From Lingula anatina (lineage: Eukaryota > Animalia > Brachiopoda), in contig CM120645.1 of the NCBI GenBank assembly GCA_051362555.1, positions 22,692,001-22,756,000 on the forward strand: 64,000 nt of DNA, given 5' to 3'. Positions 37,080-48,651 of this stretch are shown here, piece by piece. A program made the translations under genes and the position numbers. A model generated the notes under the pieces. That model was not told the origin of the DNA and did not search any database. It saw only the letters and a program-made list of their open reading frames with translations. Each line of letters begins with the position of its first letter. Within the stretch, counting starts at the first letter, position 1.

Positions 37080-40000
37080 TCAATTGCAACGAGCAAGGGC
37101 TCTTGGAATAGTTTTCGTCCAAAGTTTGACGCGTTCTGGAATGACACTCCTCTTCCCCACTATGACGTCACCAAACTCAAGGTAGTGCTTTTCATTCACA
37201 GTGTATTCCTCCCATAGTGCTGGAACAGGCTCTGGGATGTTTGGATTTCTGAAAAAAAAATGCAAATTAGGGTCAATCAATAGAAAATGAATATTTTTAT
37301 TTGAGTTACGTCCGTGATGCACAATTGTGTAATATTTGCACAATTTTAATTTTGACCTGTCCCGTTATTTTTGGAGTTATAATTAAAAGTGATATAAAAC
37401 AGTAATACTGTCCATGTACAGCACGCCATATATGTTCACTATTTTCTCTCATTAATTTCCCTGCCATAATCATGTTAACAAAATAAACAGTGTGGGGTGC
37501 CTTACCCGGTCTTGGCAAAATTGGACCAATATCGCATCATCATCTTACTCAGATACTTCTCATCGTCAGTGAAAGTGGCACTGGGGACAAAAGGTTCATA
37601 TGAACCAATCATAAAATGAAGGTCGTCTCCGTGATTTGCTCGCTGAAACCAAGATTGTGAGCCAATCATGACATTTCCATACAGCGGCTTTCTCGTGAAG
37701 TAATAGAGATAGGTCGACCGACCTTCTTGAGAGAGATGTGGCGTCATTATTTCAAACATCGATTTTGTGAAAACAATGTCTGTAAGCAGATCAATATAAT
37801 CACGAACAGTTTCTAATTTTGTAGCGTTTTTTTCGTAATACAATTCCGTGATTGCCTTGATAATTTCCGTACAGCTGGTGTTGAGCAATGAGATTGTCCA
37901 GTAAGGAATCAGAGTGTCACGGACGAAAAAGGGATCAATTCCGTCGAGGAACTTATTTAAAAGAAAGACTCCTCCGTCTCCATCAAGAAATCCAGTCATG
38001 ACGTCAAAAGAACGGAGACGCTGCAATACGCTAGGATCCTTTAACATCTCTGATATTGGTTTAGTAAGCAAGACACCATCGATTGAAGGTAGAAAGAACG
38101 CGCTTGAAAGACCCACAATGGAACCTATGAGTGTCTCGGCGTCTATGCTGCGTAGACAGTCTACCAGGGCCATGGCATTTGTCGTTGGACATCCAACAAT
38201 GTTTCCAGTTCTCACAGCGATTTCTGGGGCATTTTTTGACGCGACCCAAACCTTACTGTTCGTGATACCACTTTGCCTAATGAAGCGTTGGAAGAGGCCT
38301 GAAGAAGCGTTCGCCAGGGCCAGCTGTACCACGCTACTGCCACCTGCTGATTCGCCAAAAATCGTCACCCTGTAAAACACCAATGACAATTGAACAGTAG
38401 ATGTGAAAGAAATACTGAAGAAATAGAAATACTGGAAAACAGTGCTACAAGAAAGAACTGTGCTACCAATGTACTCTGAAAGCCCATCGTAGTTGCTTGA
38501 AAGAAATTAATTTAAAATACTTATATGAAAAAATACATACCAATATCACGGCTTAATTCATTTTCCCAATATATCAATACTACTTAAGTAACTGTCACAA
38601 CTAAGCTGGTATTTATTAATTCATAATATAATTAGTTCAAAATTTGCGTTATTTATGCATGCACTCTGTACCGGCGAATATATACCTCCCACTATCCCCT
38701 CCAAAGTACTGGATATTCTTCTTGATCCATTTCAACGCCTCAATTTGGTCCCACAGTCCTATATTCCCTGGTACGCTGTCGTCACCAGTGCTGAGAAACC
38801 CAAACACATTCAGGCGGTAGTTCATAGACACCACAATGACGTCACCTGTCACCGCTGAAAATAGGAAATAGAATAAGGATGTGGTCTTGCTCATTAATGA
38901 TGGTCCTGATAAAAGTGAAAGTAATGAAATAATGTTACCCAATTGTTTATAGCTTTAAGCAAGGGACCTATCGTTACATTTTGAAGGAATTAAGATTTTA
39001 AGGTTATATTAGGTAGTTTCCATTACCAAATAAAATTTTCTAAAGAAATTAGTTATTCGTCAGAGTTATTTTAGACTTATTCTTCATACCATTTGAATAC
39101 TTCAGTTTACAAACCAAAATATATAAAGTGAATTAATAATTTGTATTTATATTTTATTAATGCACTCATTTAATATAAAAATTAGTAAACGCAAACGAAG
39201 ATTGAAAGCTCCATTTTCAATTCAGCTGCCATTTTAGTGTTTTCCAAGAATACATGACGATTATAGAATCTATTGCAATGTTATTGTAAGATGACTGTCA
39301 TCCAATTTGAAGGTTGACGTATTTGTTATTTTAAAGTCCTCAGTGCCAATTTACTAACCGAATTCTTTGAAACTGTATATGGCTGTTCCACCTGTGGTAT
39401 ACCCCCCACCGTGTATCCAGACCATGACCGCCTTATTGTTGGAACTGTTTGTGGATCCAGGAACAAAAACGTTGAGTGTCAGGCAATCTTCCGAAATCTA
39501 CATGATGAAGAGTGGAGATTTTGGATAATAAATCGTAATATTACATTATTTTGGTAAATTTCACAATAAGATCAGAAATATATACTGAAATTATGTTTTT
39601 ATAACATAAATGTGTCAAATGGTTTAAAGTCAATTAAATCTCTGACACTGTGCACTATTTTGATTATTAATTTCACTTGCATTTAATTACGTATCGAATA
39701 ATAAAGTTAACTACTGATTTTTCTTAGAACCTTTATTTCTTCCTTGTCGTTATTGGATTGCTTTTTAATTTGAACAACAGGGTTTGATGATAAAAAGAAT
39801 GGTTGGTTATAGCTTTTATTTATAAGAAAATAAGTTGTATTAATTAAATATATAGGGAGAGGATAGTATCATGTTGATGTTTTCGTAGCTATTAATCATT
39901 TGAACTGAGCGTTTTTAATTCATAAGTTTAAATTCTTTAATAAAATATGAGGCATAGAATAAATCCTTTTAAACCTTTAAATCCATGAATTTTTAAATGT

Positions 40001-43000
40001 TTGGCTGTAACAAACGGCACATTCGAATTTGCTTTTTATACTGTACATAAATTCTTGACTATACCTAATGTCGTAATTCTGGTCTTTATCCAAGAACTAA
40101 TGTGGAACCGTCTGTTCCTATTACCATTTCATCTTCAGTATAGCACAATTTTTATTCGCCATTACGCCGCTTGATAAATTCTAAAAACCCGTGATCGGAT
40201 TACAACCCGCAAGAAAACGCAGTAGATACTCCAGCGCAGTAGACTACTGCAATCATACTGCAAACCGCAGTAAACTACTGCAATCATACTGCAAACATGC
40301 TTCAAATCTGCTTCGATTTGGGAGCTGATTAGCATATTTGAAACATGCTTCTATCATGCTGCTAATCTACTGCATTAATGCTCCTCTCTGTACAAACCTA
40401 TGGAATGTCGAGAACGAGGCTGATCGCGTAATGGTGGCTTTTTAAATTTCTCTCAGCTTTATGTATGCGTAATCACTGATCCGGAGGATAAATGGTGACT
40501 AATGGAAGCCAGGTACACTATAAGAATCTAAGGTACACGTGTGTACATGTGAGTACCTCCAATTTACGCTAAGTTACAAAGATTAACAAAACAGATCGAT
40601 CCACCCCACAACGTTCATTCCTTGCATAATGGAGACAAAGGATTCAACGGTAGCTGAGAAAATTCTCGCCAAATTTCCGACCAATTCCAATTCCAACAAG
40701 GAAAAGAGTCGAGTCTACGCAGTAGCAGCAGGAAGAGTCACAGGAGTATTTTTACAGTGGTCCTTGGCCCAGCAAAGCACAAATAAGTTTGCAGGAGCCT
40801 GTCACAAAAGTTTCGAGGATATTAGTGACGCCATAACCTTTCTAGAATCCTGCGGCATCACCGATACCCGTATACACCTTGATGAAGTGAACAGTGTAGC
40901 AGCAGATGAGTATCTCAAGGGTGCTTTGTGCTCCGAGGAGTCAGAACAGGTAACCGTTGACTCTCAGACTGAAATTAACGACCTGTTTGATAGTCTTGAT
41001 CATGCTCATGCCTGTCCTGTGTGCATCAACCAAGACAACGATAATATGATTCAGTGCTCTGACTGTAGACTTTGGTTACACTATGAATGCACAGATCTGC
41101 CTGCGTATCAACTCTCTATCTTTAAAAACAGTCAGAGGAAATTTACTTGCATGTTTTGCACTAATGTTGATTTGGACATTGTCAAGGGCCTATCTGTTAC
41201 TACAACCACCAGCAACCACATAGGAATTCAAACCTCACAATATTCACATTATAGTGCTGCGATTCCATGTGAGTTATCCTGTTCACAACAAACACAGACA
41301 GTCCCTCAGGCCATGCTAGTGTCTACCTCTTCTCAGACTGTTCCAGATCCAACAGTGTTGCCCAGCAACATCAGCAACAGTCACATTGACATACAGGAAA
41401 AATGCATGTCAGCCCTGCGTGATCTAGAGAACAACCTCATTAGTAACTTTCATAGTACTCTGAAAGAAAACTGTGATCTTAAAATCAGTCTGATCCATAA
41501 AGATCTTGAACATGTCACTAAGGAGAGAGATGATCTCAAATCACTATCCACCAACCTCAAAAATGAGATCAGTCAACTAAAGACCTCTACGAGCATCCCA
41601 AAGAAAGATGATTCCTCATCACAACAGCTTCATCGTCTTCGTATGGAACTTGAACAAACCGCAAGAGAAAGACACAACAAATGGAAATCTGAGAAGGGCG
41701 AGCTCCTAAATAAAATTGAAAATCTTCACAACAAATTGGACCTTATTGAGAGAAAAGACAGCATCATTAAAGAAAAAGATTCTCTGATCAGCAGCTTATA
41801 CAATCAGCTACACACTGCGCAAAAAGCCCTAGCAACAGCCAAAGAAGAAACATATGAACTGAAACGCACTGGAATATGGACTGAGTTCACTGCAGCCCAT
41901 AATCAACAGCCTGTCTCTGTCACACACACCTCAGTACAATGCATACCAGAGATGTGCTCAGCTGTTTGTCAGACTACAGATCTCCCCACTCCTGATATCC
42001 ACACTAAGACTCCCACACCCATACTCTTCTCTGATGTAGTATCAAATACCAGCGCAAGTAAGGGAACTCCAGGTACTCCACGTACTCCCACCCAGGGCAC
42101 AGCTATCACACGCAGACCCACAGTCATCGCCACTTCACCTGGATACAAAACAACCCAGAATAACAGAGATGTCACCACGCCAGAGCCAGCTCCGAGCACC
42201 TCTCAACGCGTTCCTCACTCCCATACTCCTGCACGCCCCACTAGGATCCCTTCAAATACTCCTCAACCTACATCCTACACAAAACAACAAAATTCACCAA
42301 AAAGGAACTCTAGAAACTCGGAAAGATCTCATTCGCAGAAACCAAAAGACAAACCCACTCTGCAACATTCAACCAAAGTTAATGTAAATGTGATTGGTAA
42401 CTCTCATACTAAACACATTCAGGGGAAACGCTTAGTACCCTGGGCAGAAGAAGTGAATATCACACCAGCTTATACAATCCCTGAGGCAGATTCCGTGTTA
42501 CAAAATCTGGATCACAAGCCCAGTGCACTAGTGATACATGAAATCACCAATGACATTAACAACAACTCCCCTGCAGCAGTAGCAAACATGCTAGTACAAA
42601 CAGCAACCACATATGCCAAGACCAACCCTGACACCAATGTTATTGTATCACTGGGCACTCCAAGAACAGATGACCGCAATTTAAACACTAGCACTGAAAT
42701 TTGTAATGCTATAATCAGACACGATATCCTAGCCTCAGGCATTACCAACCTACACTATTGTGACAATGGTAACTTTTTAAGAAGAGGCATGATACAAGAA
42801 CACCTGTTAGCTCCAGATGGCTACCATCTGTCACACGAAGGCACTAGCCTTCTAGCCTCTAACCTACGCAGGAAAATAGAGGCAGTGTTAAAACACAAAC
42901 TACACTAAGATAACTCTGTTAAGTTACCTTTAGTACTTTTGTTTACTATTTATCATTCTATCCTATTTTATCTATGTTAATTAGGTAAGTTATATATATA

Positions 43001-43001
43001 T

Positions 43002-43038
<37 letters not shown>

Positions 43039-46000
43039 GATATAGCTACCTAGTTAATGATGCTTTATTATCACCATTTATCACTCCGGTCTACTACTTA
43101 CGTGTACATATATACTTATTGTTTTGCCGCTTGTGTTAATCAGTATGTCATCGTTATATCAAAGCCAGCTGAAAATAGGAGCCTGGAATGTCGACGGGCT
43201 CTTCACAAGGGTTGGAAATGAAAAGATTTCTAAGATTGAGCTAACTGAATTCACTCAGGCCATCTCACAAATGGACATATTCTGCCTGGTAGAAACCCAC
43301 TGCAAACAATCCGATAATATTTACTTAGATGGGTTTCATATCGAAATGAATGTGAGACCTAAATCCCCCAAGGCCCCTAAGGCATTTGGGGGTTTAGCAG
43401 TGGGAGTCAGAAATAATCTATTAAAAGGAATCAGCTTCCTAAAGCCCTCCAATAGTGAATTCATGTGGCTCAAACTTAACAAATCATTCTTTAATTTCCA
43501 AGAAGATTTATTTATCTGCTGTGTTTATATTAGTCCGCTAAGTAGCTCTTTCAGCAGCCAAAGAGATGATATCTTTCAGCTATTAGAGAAAGATATTGCC
43601 AAATTTGACACTTTAGGTAAATGCCTCATCCTTGGTGACTTCAATGCAAAAACAAACACCAGGGCAGATTTCTTAGTAGATGATAGTTCTGATCACATTA
43701 GTGTAGGCTGTAATTATATAAGTGATGTATATTTGCCAAGGAATAGTATGGATTGTCATGAAGTAGACACATATGGAAAAAAACTTTTAGACTTGTGTAA
43801 AAGTAGTGGATTACGTATTGTTAACGGTAGAAAGTTAGGGGACACAGCTGGCTATTATACTTGTTATAATCATAGGGGTCTACCTAGTGTCATTGATTAT
43901 ATGTTGTGTCACTATAGTTTGCTAGATCAAGTAGAATATTTTAGGGTACACAACTTATCCCCCTTCTCGATCCACTGTATGATCTCTTGTGTCCTCAGAA
44001 TCCGCATACCTATGCACCCTGCTCCCACACTTGATAACGATGTCTCTATGAATGCTCCTGGGAGGTTTTATTGGAACAGTCACTCACGTAATCTCTGGTT
44101 AAAATGCCTGGCTCTGCCCCACAGTATTGATAGGATCAACAAATTCCTTTCAGTAGACTTCCAAACAGATAATAACGGAATACAGCAGTGTGTCTCAGAT
44201 CTAAACCATCTCATAACTGACCTAGGCATAAAAGCAGGAATTAAACACAAGCCCCCCACCAAACCTAAGAAATCCACCAAACCCAGTAAACCTTGGTATG
44301 ATAACAATTGCAGGGAACTTGGTAGGCAACTAAAACACATGTCACGACAGATAAGTAAAAACCCATCTAATGTCTCCCTACTTCATAATCTAAACAGAAT
44401 AAGAAAACAATACAAAAAGATGCTGAACAAAAAGTGTAATGACTTTAGGGATAAAATCTATAATTCTATTGAAAAACTTGAAAGTGAAAACCCACAATCT
44501 TTCTGGAAATTATTTGATCAATTATGTACCAAAAAACAGCCGTCCTCTAATCCCATTGACCCCAAGCAATGGTGGGACCACTTTAACACACTTATGAATC
44601 GACACATCCCCCACAAAGACCCTAACTTTGAGAACAGCATTGAAAACTCTTTCAAATCAAATAGAGAAGTTATATTTAATGAGGTCGACTTCTCTTTCAC
44701 TGTACAAGAAATCACTACTGCCGCCAAGAAGCTTAAAAATAACAAAACCCCAGGTATGGATGGTATCCCAAACGAACTACTCAGAGAGGGAATAGACTAC
44801 TTGGCTCCAGTTTTATGTAAAGTTTTCAATGCCATATACATAAGCGGTTGTTTCCCAGAAGCTTGGCGGCTTAGTACCCTAACAATGCTCCACAAAAAGG
44901 GAGATAGGACAGACCCCAAAAACTATAGAGGCATTGCTATCTCAAGTAATGTTTGTAAACTTTTTTGTCAAATTCTTAACAGTAGGATCAACAAATTTAT
45001 TTATAAGAACCGCATTATACCTGAAAACCAAATTGGCTTTACAAAAGGCGCCCGTACCAGTGACCATCTACTAACTCTAAAGACCCTCATAGACAAATAC
45101 ATAAACAAGGCCTCCAAATCCAAATTTTATGTTTGTTTTGTTGACTTCTCTTCAGCATTTGACACGGTCTGGAGAAATGCCCTACTCCACAAACTTATCC
45201 TTTCCAACTTTAGTTCTAAATTTATAAATATAATCCATAGCATGTACAGCTCTACTCAATTCTCTATTATCTGCAACAACAAACTAACCAAACCCATAAA
45301 TTCCACGGTAGGCGTGAAACAAGGCTGTGTATTAAGTCCCTCCCTTTTCAATCTCTTCCTAAGCGACCTACCTAATATTTTCGATGTTAATAAAGAAAAC
45401 GACCCTGCCTATTTAAATAACAAACCTGTAAGCTGCCTCATGTATGCTGATGACCTGGTACTCATCTCACAAAGTGCCCAAGGACTTCAACACTCTCTAA
45501 ACCTACTCCACAATTACTGCACCAAATGGAAACTTATCATCAATATAGCAAAAACCAAAATCATGATATTTAATAAGGCTGGCCATCTCCTAAAAACCAA
45601 CCAATTTATGTTAGGCACAAATCCAGTAGAAAACACCTCCGAATATTGTTACCTCGGCCTGACCTTCACTCCATCCGGCAAATTTACCAAGGCCATGGAG
45701 GATGTAAAAAATAAAGCACTCAAAGTATTTTTCAAATTAAGAAATCAGCTATTTTCAGCGCCCACAAAAATTGCCTTAAAGTTATTCAAATCACTCCTAC
45801 TTCCAATCCTTAGCTATGGGTGCGAAATTTGGGCCCCTTACCTACTACGTAATTTGACCATTGAAAAGTTTTTTAAATATATGCGAAAAGCCCCCTGCTG
45901 AACTCGTCCACCTAAAAACCTGTAAAACCATACTAGGGATTAACAAAAACTCTACTAATCATGCCGCACGTGGTGAGCTAGGCAGCTTCCCCATTCTCAT

Positions 46001-48500
46001 CCAATTACTGTCACTGTCCATCAAATATTGGTGCCACCTGTACAAAACCATATACAATGGTCAGTCTACCTTAGTCACCGATGCTCTGATTGAGAACAGA
46101 TCCCTATCCTCATCCGGTGTGTTTACATGGTCCTCTGGTATAAAAACTGTACTTAACATGAACAACCTGGGGAATTTATGGTCTAATCCAGTCTCAGTAT
46201 CTGGTAAGATAGCTCAAACCTTGACCAAAAAGTCTCTGCACTCTGTATATCAGGACCAGTGGGCCACATTGATGAGCAAAACGGGCAGTGATAATAAACT
46301 AAGAACCTATGTTAAATTTAAGAAGGAATTTGTGTGTGAAAATTACACCCACATGGCCCCAAAAAATATTACGGCTAACTTCTGCAAATTACGTGTGAGC
46401 GCCCACAACCTCTCTATTGAACGGGGCAGGTACTGCAAGCCAAAAATCCCCGCAGAGTTAAGATTGTGCAAACTTTGTGATTCCAATAAAGTAGAAGATG
46501 AGTTCCACCTCCTACTAGAGTGTAAAGCGTATGACTCACTACGTGATTCCTTCAGAGGGCAGCTGTCAGATTTCCTACCCCTGGGCGACCTCAGCAATAA
46601 TAAACTGTTTAATCTTCTTATGGGTGCCCAAGACATAGACATTCTTAGAATGGTTATGTGTTTTGTAAATAGATGCTTAAAACAAAGAGAACAGGCCCTC
46701 TATTAATGCATTGTACTCTCTCCAATGTACTCATTCTAATTCATCACCTTCATGTATAGATTGCCATCATACATTCCTTATATAACTTATTATAAAGTAA
46801 CTTATTGATATTATGCTACATGTAAACATTGAAATCATGTATATTTATATTTATTTATATACCTGTTTGTACTGTTGTAGTTAGATGTAATTGTCTTTGT
46901 CTTTGATTGTACCTTATTTGTAAAGGTGTATCAATAAAGAATCCCTATGTACTTTTTGGAGTAGAATTGCAGTAGGCTATACTGCATTTCTACTGCAAAT
47001 ATGCTCCACACCACTACTGCGTTAATGCTTTTTTGCTACTTCGATACTACTGCATTTTCGTGCGGGAAAGCACACAAAATGCTACATCATGAACACAGAT
47101 AACATTTAAAAGGATGTAGTTGTCTCTATGTATGACTTACACACACATAAAATTCGCGGGAAAATATTATGATTTGGTTTTTGTTTCTTGTTTTTCTGTG
47201 TGTGAATAAAAAGTTTGTTGCTTTTACATTAGGCATACCGAGTATATTATTACTAGCTACCCAGATAAATGCATACATTCGATATATTTAGATCACCCAT
47301 AGCAGGAAACTCCAAGTGACTACTGGTACCTGCAGAATGTATTAGATACGATACAGAATGTATTTAGATATGAAAGGCAGGAAGAGTAATTATTAAACCC
47401 ATGAGTCGGATTGTTTTATATTTGTTAGCATCCCTGGTAAAAATGATAAAAATCTAACTGAATTATGTTTAAAATATTTAATTTTAAAAAGAGCTGCCTA
47501 ACAATTGGGAGGGTACGTTTAGTGTTCATAAGTGAATGATTTCAAAACTTATACAAGAACACAGTTCTAAGTGAAGTACGGCGATACCCTCCCACCCAAT
47601 GGCGGCGATGTTGCGATATCCATTCGATCGTATCACTGCGACGTTTGTCTTGCAACTTAAAAGACACATGGGCTTCAGAGAAGAATTTCATCAGCTGTGT
47701 TATGTTATAAGAATGATGTGATTTTTCTTCAGTCAACAGCTACTATTGAGATATTATCCAGGTGAATAGCCTCTATGCAGGAGATATACTTACACCCCCC
47801 TTCCCACACACACGTATTGCCGTAGGAAAGCTAGGTTGGTGCCATCATTTCACCTGGGTAGCCTCATTCCCTGATGAAGTTGTTCTGCTAGACATCAAAA
47901 TATTGGAGGTAAAAAGTATTTCAATATTAGGCTCTTGACTGAACAAAAATTACATCATACTTAGAACATGGGCTTGGCGTGAACCATAATAGCTAGGTCA
48001 TAACTTTTTGTTTTCAGTCAACAAGCATACCATATGTTTCTCTTTACATATTTTATTAAATTTGCTGGAAATGAGATGTACTTTTATGATGAATAAAACG
48101 CTAAAGCACTGCTTTATTTAACATCTCTCTGTGGATTCATAGGAAAATTAGCCATTGATTATTTTAATGACATATATTCCATGTGCCTAAAACTTACCGT
48201 CTCAACATCTGGAAAGCCATAAGGATTTGGCCCAATTTGCATACAAGCAGGTCCAAACGCCGTGGCATTTTTAACGCCTTCCCAGTTCTCTGCAGGCTCT
48301 GGTAACCTAAACCTGAGATCTCCCACTGGAGGCTTGGCGAATGGTATACCTAAGAATACATCCACTCTATTCCCTTGTACAGTCTCTGTCGCTCCCTGTA
48401 ACGCTCCGTTGTCAATGTACACAATGGTCTGGGATGTCACACCCTCCAGAATTACAACTGCCAGAGAGGCACAAATGACAATCACAACCCAAGACTCCAT
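37080..48500 (-). CDS. Type-B carboxylesterase A, secreted, ~547 aa (exons 48500-48198, 39497-39359, 38854-38686, 38369-37506, 37248-37080)
   Basis: Signal peptide; [41 protein letters not shown] (catalytic Ser), GFLDGDG, HGDDL (His), [12 protein letters not shown]; phases consistent. Confidence 0.92.
40629..42908 (+). CDS. LINE ORF1: RNase H1-type hybrid-binding (Cauli_VI) domain, PHD finger, coiled coil, SGNH esterase-like domain
   Basis: YAVAAGRVTGVFLQW..KFAGACHKSF..A..FL; CPVC..MIQCSDCRLWLHYEC..FTCMFC; heptad-rich middle; VIGNSH..HEITND..DGYHLS. Confidence 0.85.
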   Translation: METKDSTVAEKILAKFPTNSNSNKEKSRVYAVAAGRVTGVFLQWSLAQQSTNKFAGACHKSFEDISDAITFLESCGITDTRIHLDEVNSVAADEYLKGALCSEESEQVTVDSQTEINDLFDSLDHAHACPVCINQDNDNMIQCSDCRLWLHYECTDLPAYQLSIFKNSQRKFTCMFCTNVDLDIVKGLSVTTTTSNHIGIQTSQYSHYSAAIPCELSCSQQTQTVPQAMLVSTSSQTVPDPTVLPSNISNSHIDIQEKCMSALRDLENNLISNFHSTLKENCDLKISLIHKDLEHVTKERDDLKSLSTNLKNEISQLKTSTSIPKKDDSSSQQLHRLRMELEQTARERHNKWKSEKGELLNKIENLHNKLDLIERKDSIIKEKDSLISSLYNQLHTAQKALATAKEETYELKRTGIWTEFTAAHNQQPVSVTHTSVQCIPEMCSAVCQTTDLPTPDIHTKTPTPILFSDVVSNTSASKGTPGTPRTPTQGTAITRRPTVIATSPGYKTTQNNRDVTTPEPAPSTSQRVPHSHTPARPTRIPSNTPQPTSYTKQQNSPKRNSRNSERSHSQKPKDKPTLQHSTKVNVNVIGNSHTKHIQGKRLVPWAEEVNITPAYTIPEADSVLQNLDHKPSALVIHEITNDINNNSPAAVANMLVQTATTYAKTNPDTNVIVSLGTPRTDDRNLNTSTEICNAIIRHDILASGITNLHYCDNGNFLRRGMIQEHLLAPDGYHLSHEGTSLLASNLRRKIEAVLKHKLH
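43145..46706 (+). CDS. LINE ORF2: AP endonuclease, reverse transcriptase, C-terminal Cys/His motif; one +1 frameshift near 45864-45874
   Basis: WNVDG, LVETH, LGDFNA, SVIDY; PGMDG, YRGIA, QIGF, FVDFSSAFD, GVKQGCVLSP, YADD, YLG; LRVSAH.L.IE.GRY, CKLC..EDEFH...C. Confidence 0.92.
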
Positions 48501-48651
48501 TCTGCGAAACTAAACGTACAACAAATTATACTGCGTGAAAATATGTAACTCGCGACGTTAATTCGACAGTCTGGGAAGCCTTAGTGCATAATAATGTTCC
48601 TTTTATCCACGGAAAGATTGCTCTTCTCAGGTTCAGGTGTCTTTCGTTAAT

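Larger units (their letters stand above)
40403..46943 (+). mobile_element. Near full-length non-LTR retrotransposon, RTEX-like
   Basis: 5' UTR, ORF1, T-rich spacer, APE-RT ORF2, 3' UTR with AATAAA; CCTATG at 40397-40402 and 46944-46949. Confidence 0.9.
40206..47066. mobile_element. CCC-ended MITE (EnSpm/CMC-like) split by the LINE insertion
   Basis: cccgcaagaaaacgcagtag ... ctactgcattttcgtgcggg; subterminal tactgc/gcagta repeats; 2-bp AA duplication inferred from the empty paralogous site near 56711-56727. Confidence 0.75.

Noticed and set aside
40220-40300. CRISPR-like short repeats
   Set aside because: Subterminal MITE repeats in eukaryotic DNA; no unique spacers or cas genes
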